From a virus: a stretch of DNA of 64,000 nucleotides. Below, piece after piece: positions 34,924-46,022 of the stretch (position 1 is its first letter; each line of letters begins with the position of its first letter). The notes beneath the pieces were generated by a model. It saw nothing but the letters and a program-made list of their open reading frames with translations, had not been told where the DNA came from and did not search any database. The translations under genes were made by a program, and so were the position numbers. The DNA lies in the IMG/VR virus record IMGVR_UViG_3300024999_000057, positions 38,670-102,669 of that record; one strand, written 5' to 3'.

Positions 34924-36327
34924 CTACGCGAACAGGCGAACGAGCCACCCAAGGCCAAGCGCAACCGCAGGCTTCACCACCCCTTTGCAAGCAACGTGCA
35001 TCAGTGCTTCTTCTGGGCTTCTGTCGTTCTTTTTGTTGTCATAGGGTTGCGTCATGTAGGAGACGAGCAGCGACAGTCCTATTGCTGAGTTGATGGTCAA
35101 CTGTGACAGTCCGAACGTACCCACCACAAACCAGCCCCAGAGTATGCTCAGCGCGTACCCAGACCAGAGGCAGGACAGCCCGATAATCAAAACACTCAAA
35201 ACCAAATATCCAATTGCTTTCATATTTTTCTCCTTTTGTTTGGTCCTAAAAATCCCACTCCCGCTCTTCGATCTTGGCGCCTTTCTTCCTCAGGAAAGGA
35301 ATCAGCACATCCTTGAAGCACTTCGGGCAGATGTCCACCGTCAACTCGGTGCCCCAACCTCCCTCCGGGTAACTGGAGCCATCCTTCTGGCGAGCCGTCA
35401 CCTCGACCTCGACTTCATTCACCTCCCAGGAAGAAGAATCCCAATTACCGCGCTTGGCTACAGCACCGCAAAGGTCGCAGGTGGTTTCTTCCAAGTAGGT
35501 CTCGACGCCGGTTCTAGGCCGCGTTTCGTATTTTCTCATTTTGTCTCCTTTAGCCCAGATCAGTCAGCTTGAAGTCGTCGTTGGTGCGAGCGAATTGTCC
35601 TCGCATCCCACACCAAGTCTGGTAAGATTCAAGCCCGCCGAAAAATGTGGCCTCCTGACTCATCACGTCCTTAATCTCCGCGCAAGTCAGGTTCCGGTCC
35701 TCCCACTCGTCGCAACCAGAGCAGGAGCCGTACCAGTACCTGTAGGAGAAGACCCTGCCGTCAGCCAGCAGCACGTCGATGTCTACGTGCCCTTGGTAGT
35801 CGGACTCATAATCGAGGCGCAGAATCTCGATCCCCTTTAATTCTTCGATGACCTCTTGGAGGATCGAGGAGTACCTCGCGTCCTCCGTTGCTTCTACGAT
35901 GTTGAGCATTTTAGTTCCTCCCGAGGAAGATGAAAGTCTGGTCCGCGTCTTTGCAGAGGGATGCGTAGAAATCCCTCACCCGCTCATTCTTAAACACAAG
36001 CCGGGGTTCGTCTACGTAAATTCGGCTGTAGCGTTCCACACACCTCCTTGACTGGAACTCAGTAACCGTCTCAGCAACGTCCGAGTAGAAGCAGATCAGT
36101 GTGGGATCATGTACCACAATCAGGTCACCCGCCTGCGCTCTGGATTTGATGTACTCGGTTTTACCTGCTCGCCGGTTAGGGTTCGCAGTTACCGTAGCTA
36201 GTTCCATCGCATAACCCACAGGCCCTAGCGCACTGAACCACTTGTCATCCTTAAACCGCTCCCTGAATTGCTCATTTGCCTCAACCAGTAAATCGACCGC
36301 GCAACAAAATTTTTCGTAATGATCCAA
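34924..36327 (-). CDS. four small hypothetical genes (34924-35223 membrane, 35246-35539 Zn, 35550-35909, 35911-36327)
   Basis: Tandem ORFs, each with an RBS. Confidence 0.6.
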
Positions 36328-36330
36328 AAT

Positions 36331-37371
36331 TTACTCCCTCCTAATTTCCGGTTCGTACAACTCGTTCCCGCATTTCCCCTTCGCGTTGAAAGGGCATTTC
36401 CATTTTTTGCACTCGGCACCAAACTCGATTTTAAACTCCCAATTTTCGAGGAGACAGGTGGGGAGCTTGATGGAGCCTCTTCGCTCAACAGCCAGGTCCA
36501 TCTCCTCCTGAGTCAGATCGCCCATATCCTTCCCGGTTCCGTAGTAGATCGAAGCGTCGGCGCAGGTGACCTTGAACCAGGGCATCAGCGAAGCACAAAT
36601 TCGCTGAGTCGCTTGGTATCCAGGTTTGTCACAATCTGGGAAGAAGCAGACTTCCGTTGCCCCCATCGACAGCAAGAGCATGACCTTGTTTTTTGACCAA
36701 TTATTTACTCCGAAGGCACAAGTGGCTGCGTAGCCTTTGTCGATCCCGTTGATCGCATGAAAGTGGCCTTCCCCTAGTAAAATTAAGTCAGGCTTCATCG
36801 CCTTGATAATGTCGTGACACGCAATCCATTTTGATTTTACGAGCAGCCCTTTATTACGAATCCACTTGGGTTGCTCATCACCAAGAGCCCTAGCATCCAC
36901 TCCGATTAATTCCCCATTCAAATAAACGGGGAAGACGATTCTTCCAGCATAACGACCTCGACTACAACGTATCGCCCCAACCCGCCTGTAGGTCTCCAAG
37001 CTGATGCCTCGGTATCCGTCCTCGTCCCAAATTTCCCCACTCGGAAAAAATACCGACTGCTCCTCCTCGACAACTGGGAGGGATTCGGTCTTGCTCATTC
37101 TGGACAGAATCCCTCTTAGCCCAAGCCCAAGCTCCTGCATTTCATCTAGTTCTTCACCGAGGAGCCACCGGTGGAGTCCTGCTTCGTTCAAAGAGAACCC
37201 ACATGCGAAGCAATGGGCCACCCTTTTTTCGACGTTAATTCCTAGGCTGGGCTTATTATCCACGCCACCAGAATGCAGGTGCTGATGGGGGCAAACTACG
37301 GCCACTTCATCCCCGCCCTTGTGCTCGTAGTCGATGCCCTTGCTTTCTAGGAGTTCAAGGATTTCCATCAC
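36331..37371 (-). CDS. DNA primase (Zn finger + TOPRIM)
   Basis: CPH...CFAC, RIVFP, LGEG, FPDCDKPG, KDMGD. Confidence 0.88.
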   Translation of the reverse strand: MMEILELLESKGIDYEHKGGDEVAVVCPHQHLHSGGVDNKPSLGINVEKRVAHCFACGFSLNEAGLHRWLLGEELDEMQELGLGLRGILSRMSKTESLPVVEEEQSVFFPSGEIWDEDGYRGISLETYRRVGAIRCSRGRYAGRIVFPVYLNGELIGVDARALGDEQPKWIRNKGLLVKSKWIACHDIIKAMKPDLILLGEGHFHAINGIDKGYAATCAFGVNNWSKNKVMLLLSMGATEVCFFPDCDKPGYQATQRICASLMPWFKVTCADASIYYGTGKDMGDLTQEEMDLAVERRGSIKLPTCLLENWEFKIEFGAECKKWKCPFNAKGKCGNELYEPEIRRE

Positions 37372-37862
37372 GCAGCCTCAGCCAAGGTCCAGCCCTTAAC
37401 GATCCCCGCGTACCACTCGGTCTTGCCGTCTTTGTCGGTTGCGCCCGTGATCGCGCTAATCCGAAGGGGGCCGTTCAGGTACCGGGCGAAGTAATCGAGC
37501 CTGCTTTTAGCGCGGCTGCTTAATCCGGAGTATTGGACCGCGAAGTAATTTTGGCAGGCCTTCGCCCTACCCACAGGGCGGTAAATTTCTCCGTGCCACC
37601 TGCGCGACAGGACGTACTTCACCCACTCAAGCCCCTGCCAAACAGCACGCGGAACGTCCTTGTTGGCGCCGTAGTCGTAGACCACACACTCGTGTCCTAG
37701 CACAGCGGACATCAGGAAGTCGTCGGAGAGAGTCATCAAAATGTCTTCCCAGCGCTTCTGCTCGCAGGCCGTAGACTGGATTCGGATGAACCTAACGTCC
37801 TCCAAGCCGTAGTCCTGAATGGCTTGGATTCCGTTGGTCAGGTTGAGGAAATGGTGCTTCAT
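37368..37862 (-). CDS. conserved phage hypothetical protein
   Basis: HFLNLTNG, FIRIQSTACEQKRW; coupled to the primase by ATGA overlap. Confidence 0.65.
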   Translation of the reverse strand: MKHHFLNLTNGIQAIQDYGLEDVRFIRIQSTACEQKRWEDILMTLSDDFLMSAVLGHECVVYDYGANKDVPRAVWQGLEWVKYVLSRRWHGEIYRPVGRAKACQNYFAVQYSGLSSRAKSRLDYFARYLNGPLRISAITGATDKDGKTEWYAGIVKGWTLAEAA

Positions 37863-38063
37863 CCGGCTAAACCTCCCTTTTATACAAATCCACTAATTCC
37901 TCGGTACTCAGTTTCCCAAGGGCTTCCTTGTTCCAAGCCCAAGACTCGTTGTGCTGGTTCCCGGAGAACTTAGCGAATCCTTTGTTCTCCATTTGGCTTG
38001 CGTCAGCACAGTTTAGAAATGCCCTACCCATCACCGCGTGGATCATGAGTTGCTTTATTGGGT

Positions 38064-39467
38064 TCATGTGGCCTCCGCTTCTACTTCCTCTGTATCAACC
38101 ACTCCGGTGTCCTTTACGATGCCCTCTAAAATCTTGAAATCTAGCGTCTTGTTCTTGAAGATTTTCATGGAGCCGGTTTCGAGATTATCGACTCGGACGC
38201 ACACGCCTTCTCTGATATGGCTCTGGTCGATAGGATCTGCGATGTCCACTTTGTCAGTCAAAATTTCCACCCAATCCTTCAAGGCAACCACGTTATCCTC
38301 AGTTCGGACCAGTCGGGTTCGACACCAATCCGCCGCTTTTACCTCAGGCACATGTTTCACCCCAGCTTTCCTGCAGCGCTCCTTCACAACTCCCCAAGGC
38401 ATCTCCAGCATCCCGCCGTCTTCACCCATCAGGGCGATCCGGTAGACGTAGATCTCGCACTCGGCAGGCAAGCAGCCGTACTTGTAGGTCATGGTCTTAC
38501 CAAAGCGCTTCACGAAATCCTTACCCATCTTCAAGCAATCGACGGTGCTCATGATCGGCCTGCCTGATTCCTCGAAGCCTACGATCTCGTAGTACCAGAC
38601 CTCATTCTGCTTGAGGTGAGGCGCAAGCCGTTGGTGGCACTTCTCGCGGAAGTCCTTATCGACCTCATTGACTTCGCCTCGGACCTCGCCCTTGATCACC
38701 CTCCGCGTGCCGTAGACCGACTTCCAGATTTCGTAGGAAGGCCTTTCACGAAGTTGCTCCTTCTTCAGGTCCGACAGGAAGAAGTTGAAGAGGTGCTTCT
38801 CGGGACCGAAGAATGCGTCAGCGAATGCGAAGTAAAGTTCCTCACGCCATTTCAGCGGGCGCTCTTCTTTGACCCTCAGCTTCGAACTTCTGCCCGAGGT
38901 GCCGTGTAATTTAGCCGTCAGCGTCACCAGGCCCATCAACTCGTCAGGCCTTGCGTGCCTGAGTTGGTCGGTTTCGAGGTGCTCAGGGAACATCCTCTTC
39001 AATGACTCGTTCAGCTTGGGTGTTTTCGGCTTGTTTGCTGCGGCTGCTCTCTTGGTAGCCTCGGTCACGAACTTGTTGCAGATCGAGATTCCACCCAGTT
39101 CTACGAACTTGGTCCCGACTTCCAGCTTCTTCAGGTCGTAACCCGTGAAGGCCAGTGAGTGCAGCCCGATCACGAAAGCCTCCGACTTCTCGCCACGAAA
39201 CTTCTGAGCACGGACCCTGCGACTCGCATCGAAGTAGCCGCCTTTCCTCTCTCCGGTCTCTGGGTCCGTGTAGCCAACCAAATCGTTGGCCTTAGCGAAC
39301 ACCTCGGAGATCTGCCCGTCATCCGGGAACAGCACCACGACTTCGCCTTCCTTGGCCTCAAGGCCTACGATCACCTGGTAGCCGAGGCACGTAGCCACGT
39401 TCAGGCGATCAGCGTTCGAGTGCTTCCTCACATTTTCCAACTTCGAAATTACTGCGGTATAAGCCAT
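38064..39467 (-). CDS. RNA ligase, DRB0094/Rnl5-like
   Basis: N-terminal HSNADRL OB domain; TAKLHGTS motif I, YYEIVG, REGVCVR, FKNK. Confidence 0.85.
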   Translation of the reverse strand: MAYTAVISKLENVRKHSNADRLNVATCLGYQVIVGLEAKEGEVVVLFPDDGQISEVFAKANDLVGYTDPETGERKGGYFDASRRVRAQKFRGEKSEAFVIGLHSLAFTGYDLKKLEVGTKFVELGGISICNKFVTEATKRAAAANKPKTPKLNESLKRMFPEHLETDQLRHARPDELMGLVTLTAKLHGTSGRSSKLRVKEERPLKWREELYFAFADAFFGPEKHLFNFFLSDLKKEQLRERPSYEIWKSVYGTRRVIKGEVRGEVNEVDKDFREKCHQRLAPHLKQNEVWYYEIVGFEESGRPIMSTVDCLKMGKDFVKRFGKTMTYKYGCLPAECEIYVYRIALMGEDGGMLEMPWGVVKERCRKAGVKHVPEVKAADWCRTRLVRTEDNVVALKDWVEILTDKVDIADPIDQSHIREGVCVRVDNLETGSMKIFKNKTLDFKILEGIVKDTGVVDTEEVEAEAT

Positions 39468-39505
39468 TTCCCCTCCTATTCATATCTGAATTTGTTCGAC
39501 CAAAA

Positions 39506-39748
39506 CTACCTCACCGGAGCCGCGATGTCGCAGCCAGGGGTCTCGCTGTTGTCGAGCAGGATCACCGAGTTGCCTACTGTGTCGAGGCGCTGATCGTCGA
39601 ACCAGCGGCCTTCCTTGAAATCCCCAGCCTCGCTGACAGCAGGTGCAAGCAGTGTTTGGTTGCAGCCGCTGATGTACTCGCAATGCCCAGTAGCAATGCC
39701 GGTGAACCCGGTAATCTTGTCCTTGTACTTCATTCCCAAAATCATCAT
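39506..39748 (-). CDS. conserved small phage protein
   Basis: KDKITGFTGIATG...GC...WFDDQRL; flanked on both sides by operator palindromes. Confidence 0.65.
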   Translation of the reverse strand: MMILGMKYKDKITGFTGIATGHCEYISGCNQTLLAPAVSEAGDFKEGRWFDDQRLDTVGNSVILLDNSETPGCDIAAPVR

Positions 39749-39794
39749 TTTACTTCTCCTATTCACTTCTGAATTTGTTTAGGCGCAAAAGCGC

Positions 39795-40562
39795 CTAAGA
39801 CTTCAAATACTTAACCAACTCATCGACCGTCACTACCATCCCAGGGTCTTCCCATTTCATAGCAACCCCTGTCAGTTCGAAGTACCTCTTTTTGAACTCC
39901 ACAGGGTCCAAATGTGAACAAACTAACGTTGGCTTGCCTTCCGTCCTGCGGTGCTGGATCAGCATTCGCAGTACCGACTGACTAAACTCGGTGGTGTACT
40001 CCGTGCCAACCATGTACAGACAAAGGATTTCAGCTTTATCGGCTGAGGTCGCCACGTAATTATTCTGGTCCCACTTTTTGACTTCCTCCATGAGCTTCCC
40101 AAAACTAGTCATCTTGGCATCGACTCCGGATTTTATCGCTGCCTTAATCACGTTCGACGCGGCCTGAAGAGCAGCGGACTCAAACCCCGAGTGGAAGTAG
40201 AGGACCAACGGCTTTCCAAGGATTTTATTTATGTCACCCAGAATCAAATCGTAGGCGTTCACGGTCTTGACTCCCGCGACCGGCGTTTCATTATTCCGGA
40301 TGTACGGGACCGGGACTCCGGAGGCTTTCAGCTTCTTCTCGAAAAACTCTAATTCTTGCATGGTGCTCCAAAGGTGCTGGTCGATTTTCTCGATCAAACC
40401 AGGCAATAAAATTGGGACCTCAGTGAGGTCCCGGTAATTTTTTACCACTACCTTGAGATAAGGCAGCGGGATTCTGAGGTGGTGCTTGAAGGTTGAATGT
40501 TGTTTCCAGCCTAGGTAACCCAGCGGCTCGATTGGGGATTTGTTGTAACTAGCCTCTGCCAA
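39795..40562 (-). CDS. DnaC/IstB-like AAA+ protein with degenerate Walker motifs
   Basis: EILCLYMVGTE...LIQHRRTEGKPTLVCSHL matches the DnaC/IstB C-half; no GxxGxGKT. Confidence 0.6.
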   Translation of the reverse strand: MAEASYNKSPIEPLGYLGWKQHSTFKHHLRIPLPYLKVVVKNYRDLTEVPILLPGLIEKIDQHLWSTMQELEFFEKKLKASGVPVPYIRNNETPVAGVKTVNAYDLILGDINKILGKPLVLYFHSGFESAALQAASNVIKAAIKSGVDAKMTSFGKLMEEVKKWDQNNYVATSADKAEILCLYMVGTEYTTEFSQSVLRMLIQHRRTEGKPTLVCSHLDPVEFKKRYFELTGVAMKWEDPGMVVTVDELVKYLKS

Positions 40563-41958
40563 AGTAGTTCGCCACAGCGTCCTCTCGGGAGATGTCTAGC
40601 ATCTTGAGGCAGTGCTTCAGGAGAGTGTCGTTGTCCACGTCTTCCCCTCGGCAGAACTTGCAGGAGGATTCCTCGTCGGAATCTTCGTCTACTACATCGG
40701 GACACACGAAACCGTCCTTCTCGGCGCACTCATCGGAGCACCACTTCATGCAGCAGGCGCAACGGACGTAATCCCCACAATCCGGAAATGTCTCGCCACA
40801 CCTTTCACACGCATACCAATCAACGCTCATCTTTAACCTCCAAAATTTACTCGCACCGAAGCGCGGAAGTAATCCAGCCCAAGAGCGCCTAGCCCGAGGC
40901 AAAGCCCTGCGATTCCATAGAGGATGCAGGCTGCTATCAGCGAGACTACGAGTTCGCTAACGAATTTCTCGATCTTACCCAACATAGCCCCTCCGCGCTT
41001 CCAGAATGTGTGCCAAGCCAGGACGAGCGACCGTCCCGGAATCACCTACGGGAACCAGGATGCACTTCGGGATGACCCGCTTGAATCCCTGCAGGTCCTT
41101 GATTACTCTGGCCTTGTGCATCTGCTTGGCGAATTTTATTTCAGCTTTGTCGTTGGAGAGGATGGAGAATCCACAATGCCTGCAGAAAAAATTATATTTC
41201 ATTCGAGATAACCTCCTCGACCATCCAGGAGGAGAAAGTATAGCCACCGCCCTCTTGCTCGAACCAAGTATAGGTTTGCTCATCTTCCTCTTCGTGGTCC
41301 CAGGTATTAGCCACGATCAGGTCTTTCCCACAAAACTCCTGCATCTCCTCAACAAACGCGGGTCCGCGATCAATTTCCACGTAGGCCTCTGCATAGAATT
41401 CTGCGTTCTCCTCAAGCAGCTTCTCCCAACTCTTGATCCTAACTTTGTCTCCAGCTTTAATTTCCATCTCCTGCCTCCTTAAATGGCCTGAATCCTGTCA
41501 GACTCAGGGTTTGCTTGTAGATCCTTCCGGTCGAGTTGCATTCGTCGCAGGGCTCTAACCAGCGGTTGTACTCGCGGTGATGGTAGTCAGCCAACTCCTC
41601 GCGCTGGATTTCTCCCGTGCCTCCACACCTAGCGCACAGTGCGATCTCCTCCTTGATAAAAGGTCGCAGGTCGCCTCCTCGATTTACTGACTTGTGCAAG
41701 TCTGCTGTGGGCTTATCCTCAGCAGCCAATCCCAACCTAAACACGCTTCCTCCTCTTTTTCCTCAGCGATAGTGGCAGCACCAATTCAGGTGCCCCATAC
41801 TTCTCCGTAATTTTTTCCTCAGGCTGAAATTTTAGAAGTTCCTGGTACTTCCTTGAATATTCAGGGCACTTCGATTTCGTGCCCGTCTTGCACATGTAGA
41901 CGCAGACGGTCGCATCCTTGGTCCCTCCACATTTCAGGAGAGGGCATCTCATTTGCAT
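40549..41958 (-). CDS. cluster of small Cys-rich/hypothetical genes (40549-40830, 41192-41467, 41457-41744, 41737-41958 and others)
   Basis: Tandem short ORFs with CxxC motifs and RBSs. Confidence 0.55.
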
Positions 41959-42122
41959 TGGGTCTCCTCCGAGTTGGGGAGGGGGCAGTGCCAGGAGATC
42001 TCATTCGTGTTGTGAATGTCCTTCCCGCTATTAGAGCAGTAATCCGCGCCGTAACCTTTTTGCCGATTAGGGCAGTTGTAGCAGCACCAGACGTGCTCGG
42101 TGTAGACTTTCAAGATTCCTCC

Positions 42123-43466
42123 TTAAAAACTTATGTCTAAAAATTTCGCCCGATCAAAAGCCCGTAGCTGCTTGAAGTTGGACAAGGGCTCTCCTGGGAT
42201 CGTCCGGTAATTCCTAAATTTAGCGAACTTGTTGGTAACGGTCCCGAGTTCAAGGTCCTCTTTGTCTTGGCTCATGAACAGCGCCAAGTCCGCGTCGTTG
42301 ATAATGTTTTGGGAAAAGCGGATCTTGCCTTCTTTGGAGTCGAACTGCAGGGGCGTGATGACGATGCAGTTTCCCCTCCTGGCGAAGGTCTTAAGGGCCT
42401 TTGACATTTCAAGATAGCGCTCCCAGCTTTGAAGTCCTCGGTGCCCTGCACCTGCCGGGATGATAGTTATGTAGTCACAAATATAAATCCGGACGCCCTT
42501 CGTGCTCCTCAGCAGTTCCATCTCCACCAGTAGGTCATCGAAGTTCGGAGCGTGGTCGTAAATATAAAATCCTTCCGGTTTCCGCTCGAATCGCAGAGCC
42601 GCTTCCCGGATGAATTCTTCCTCTGATAAACCAGACTCAAGGCTCTCCTCCACAAAATTCACATCTGAATTGATGAAGAGGAATTTCAACTTCGCAACCC
42701 TAAGCTTCCCCCGCTCTTCCCTCGTCAATTCGTCAGAAATAATGTTGCCGAGATCCACATCAGATTCGTGCGACCAGATCCTCGCCATGATCTCTTTCTT
42801 GCCCTGCTCCCAACTCCAGTAGGCAACGCCCTCGCGGTACTTGTTGTACTGGTGGATGCCGATGGAATGGGCTCGGGTCGATTTCCCCGTCCCGGTGTCG
42901 CCACAAATCAGAACCAACGAACCAAGAGAAATCCCATTCCTGCGGTCGATATCCGGAACTCCGGTTGTGCGCCACTCGAAGCTAACGTCTGCGCCCGCAA
43001 GGGCGAGCATGTCGGAATTCAAAATCTCGTTATCGCCCGTCAGAAGGATCTGCTCCTGCAACCCGCTAAAAAGCGCGAAGGCCTTCTCTGTGTCCCTTGC
43101 TTCAGCGGCGTGGGCGATATCTTGGAGACCCAGAAGCAAATGTCGCATCTTAACTTGGTCCGTCAACTCGGCCATGAGCATATCGTCGGTCAAGCCAGCG
43201 ATGTCCCTTTCTTGGATCTGATCTAGGAGAGCCATCAGGTACCGCTGCTTGTCCGCTGTCGAGCACTTGGAGGCTACATTGCTCCTGAGAACATCCCAGC
43301 CGATGAACTGGCCCGTGTCTACGAAGAATCTCTTAACTAGAGAGAAAAGCTTGGCAAGCTCCTCGTTGCCGAAGTGCCTCGGGGAAAGCCTGACCAGCAA
43401 TTCCGGATTTTTGTCTTGGAGCACCTTCTTGAGCGCGTTGAGTTCCAGTTGAACCGAGGCGCTCAT
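42123..43466 (-). CDS. dnaB: DnaB-like replicative helicase
   Basis: GDTGTGKST, YWSWEQ, YICDYI, PLQ, NDAD, KFRN. Confidence 0.9.
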   Translation of the reverse strand: MSASVQLELNALKKVLQDKNPELLVRLSPRHFGNEELAKLFSLVKRFFVDTGQFIGWDVLRSNVASKCSTADKQRYLMALLDQIQERDIAGLTDDMLMAELTDQVKMRHLLLGLQDIAHAAEARDTEKAFALFSGLQEQILLTGDNEILNSDMLALAGADVSFEWRTTGVPDIDRRNGISLGSLVLICGDTGTGKSTRAHSIGIHQYNKYREGVAYWSWEQGKKEIMARIWSHESDVDLGNIISDELTREERGKLRVAKLKFLFINSDVNFVEESLESGLSEEEFIREAALRFERKPEGFYIYDHAPNFDDLLVEMELLRSTKGVRIYICDYITIIPAGAGHRGLQSWERYLEMSKALKTFARRGNCIVITPLQFDSKEGKIRFSQNIINDADLALFMSQDKEDLELGTVTNKFAKFRNYRTIPGEPLSNFKQLRAFDRAKFLDISF

Positions 43467-44426
43467 TTAGTAAGCCCTGAAAGTTCTGGCGCCAGTGTTG
43501 AAACAGCCCTTTACCTGAGCGACTTCTTCGTCCTTCACCTCCGGAGTGTCGTAGGCGTCTTCGAGAGTTTTGATCGACTGCTTGATGCAGGCTTCCGCAG
43601 GTTTCACCCGTCCGCCTGAAAAGTTCCAAGTGACTCCATACTCTGCCGGGTCCAATTTAGAGTCGTCCTGAATTTCAGCCTTATCCTCCACAGGTTTCAA
43701 GCGGTTTGTTGCACCGAGGTCCAGGTTCGATTCAGCGAGGTTGAGCCCTTCGTAGTTGCCTAGCGCGTAACTCCCGAAGTCGGCGATATCCTTGATAATT
43801 TTGGACACGTCCGCGTGGTAGTAGGCGCCAGGTTCCTCAGCCTCTTGAATCCGGCTGTTGAGGGTTTTAATTAATTCCTTTATGTCCCACACCCCAGCCT
43901 TTTCCTTCTCCTCCTGCTCCAAGTTCCTGATCTCACGATCCAGATTATCCTCAGGATCTTGCGTAGTAAGTACGGAGGAGTCGGACTTACTAGGATCATT
44001 CCTGGTGGAATCGGAGCAGTAGGCGATTCCACCAAGCTCAGTTCCTAGTCTCATTCCGCCACCTCTGGGGATTGTCCCTACGTGACCTCCAGTGCCTGTT
44101 AGAACTTGATCGGGTGAAGGAGTCCATCCCCCTTTTGTTGCATCACGGGTAATCCAATCCAAAAGTGATTCCTGTGAAAAGTTCACCTGCTTCTCAACCC
44201 CCTCCTCTTCCTCGATCATCCCCAGCCAGCGCTCCAGCGTCATGATAACTTCGCGGATGTCCTGCTTGAGTGGCTTGACTGATTCACCAGCCCGAAGCAG
44301 CTTCTTGAAGGCGTGCTGGTGGGCCGGGTGGGTGATCTTGTTGTAGACCTGCATGATGCGGTAGGGGTCTAGCCTGATCCCCTTGAACTCGTAATCGTAG
44401 TGCGCGTCCAGCGCTTTTTCTTCCAT
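43467..44426 (-). CDS. DUF3310-like N-domain protein
   Basis: HY...DPYRI...HAFKKLLRAG...QDIREVI. Confidence 0.6.
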   Translation of the reverse strand: MEEKALDAHYDYEFKGIRLDPYRIMQVYNKITHPAHQHAFKKLLRAGESVKPLKQDIREVIMTLERWLGMIEEEEGVEKQVNFSQESLLDWITRDATKGGWTPSPDQVLTGTGGHVGTIPRGGGMRLGTELGGIAYCSDSTRNDPSKSDSSVLTTQDPEDNLDREIRNLEQEEKEKAGVWDIKELIKTLNSRIQEAEEPGAYYHADVSKIIKDIADFGSYALGNYEGLNLAESNLDLGATNRLKPVEDKAEIQDDSKLDPAEYGVTWNFSGGRVKPAEACIKQSIKTLEDAYDTPEVKDEEVAQVKGCFNTGARTFRAY

Positions 44427-44669
44427 CTAGTCCTCCGTAGCAAATTCGATTTCGTATTCGGTTACGCTCTCGCTGTAAACCTTACTGTTGCACAAGTTCA
44501 GAAGTTCGTAGGGGAACTCGTGGCTGTCTTCAGCGTCAAACACCTCGCAGATGGTACCCACAGGAATCCCATGTTCTTCAGAGCCCTTAACGATAACTAC
44601 CCGATCTCCAACCTTAAATTTCATCCTGCCTCCAATTCACTTCATCATTTTTAATTCACACCTGAATTC

Positions 44670-44698
44670 AACTTAGCACGAGCCAAACGGCGTGTCAA
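44670..44698 (-). promoter_or_regulatory. sigma70 promoter TTGACA-17-TAAGTT (extended TG) with operator over +1
   Basis: -35 at 44693-44698, -10 at 44670-44675, palindrome at 44654-44667. Confidence 0.75.
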
Positions 44699-46022
44699 GA
44701 GAAAAATCAGGGTTGCCAATAATTTTGTATCCAAGTCCTCGGTACCGCCTCAGCCGATTGCCTGCGAACCTCCAGGATAAACTGCCTCGGTCGTAGAGAT
44801 CGTAGACAATTGGGGTTGGTTTGCCTTCCAGCGGTCTAACTATGCGGCCAACCAACTGGGTGACAGCCGCTTCATTGTTGACTGGCTTTGCTAAAATAAG
44901 AACGTTAAGTGCAGGTAAATCAACACCTTTTTCTATCTTCTTATCTGCGAAGATGACCTGGGTGACTCCCGAAGCCAGCCCTTCCCTCAACGCAAGATCC
45001 TGCTTCTGCGTAGTCGAGCCTACGTACAAGACGGCTGAGCAGAACTCGCTGGCTTTGCTGTGGAGGTACGCCAGAGACTCGGTTCGCGCCCCAACGAAAA
45101 GGACCTTCCTTCCCAAACTAACCTGCTCCCGGATCAGGTTGATAATCCGCTCGTTCCGCTTGTCGTTCTGAGAAAGCTCCGTCAAGATCTTGGAGAAGTC
45201 GTCGGGGTTATTCGAGCACCAGCCAACATCAGTCGGGATGAACCGGATCTCCGGGATCAACGCCTTCTGGTCCACCATCTCCACCGAGACATCCGCTACG
45301 AGGTCCGTCAGCACCTCCTCAGAAAACCCCTTTCGCATCAAGGTAGCTGTGGTCCCGATGCGGTAGAAGTTATTCAGTCCGAAGAGGATCATGCGGTATG
45401 TCTTGGCTGCGTCTCCGTGGAACTCGTCGAGTAGGCAGGTGCCAAAGGCGTCCTTGATTTTCGGGAGCCAGTCCTTGTGCTTATTTAAAAGCTGGAAGGT
45501 GCAAATCAGCACGTCTGCGCCGAGATCTTCCTCCTTCCTGAGGATCGTCGCCTCCCTACCCCAGACCAACTCGAAGGCCTCCTTCCACTGATCCGCTAGA
45601 TTGCCTTGGTCCACCAGGACCAGAACCCTTTTCCCTAGACGCCCGGAAACCCACGTCATTACTACTGTTTTTCCGGTCGAGCAGGCAGCTCTCAAAAGCG
45701 AGTACTGGTTCTTCTGAGTGAAGGACAGAAGTTTGGGCGCTGCCTCAACCTGGTGCTCGCGGAATTTGAACGCAGGATTCAAACAAAAAGGTTCCTTCAG
45801 CCCGCCCCCTTTACTTCGCTCATCCACCAGTTCCTGCCCAGTCAATACCGACACAAGCCCAAGCTTGGTAGCATTCAACGGGAGGTAAGCAACTCCATCC
45901 CGATAAATATAATTTTGGATCACCTCCCCGTTTCGATTTTCATGACTGTACATTTTCAGGACTTCTAGCTTGTGAAAATCCTGAAGTTCAACTCGGGCCA
46001 AATTTCTTATCAGGATGGGCAT
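44673..46022 (-). CDS. SF2 DExH helicase (T5 D10/UvsW-like)
   Basis: FREHQ, ACSTGKT, LDEFH, TAT, KGVDLP, QLVGRIVR. Confidence 0.9.
   Translation of the reverse strand: MPILIRNLARVELQDFHKLEVLKMYSHENRNGEVIQNYIYRDGVAYLPLNATKLGLVSVLTGQELVDERSKGGGLKEPFCLNPAFKFREHQVEAAPKLLSFTQKNQYSLLRAACSTGKTVVMTWVSGRLGKRVLVLVDQGNLADQWKEAFELVWGREATILRKEEDLGADVLICTFQLLNKHKDWLPKIKDAFGTCLLDEFHGDAAKTYRMILFGLNNFYRIGTTATLMRKGFSEEVLTDLVADVSVEMVDQKALIPEIRFIPTDVGWCSNNPDDFSKILTELSQNDKRNERIINLIREQVSLGRKVLFVGARTESLAYLHSKASEFCSAVLYVGSTTQKQDLALREGLASGVTQVIFADKKIEKGVDLPALNVLILAKPVNNEAAVTQLVGRIVRPLEGKPTPIVYDLYDRGSLSWRFAGNRLRRYRGLGYKIIGNPDFSLDTPFGSC

Noticed and set aside
36331-37371. Inactive primase (EGHFH instead of EGxxD)
   Set aside because: The catalytic Glu and DxD are intact; one substitution is too little to call it dead.
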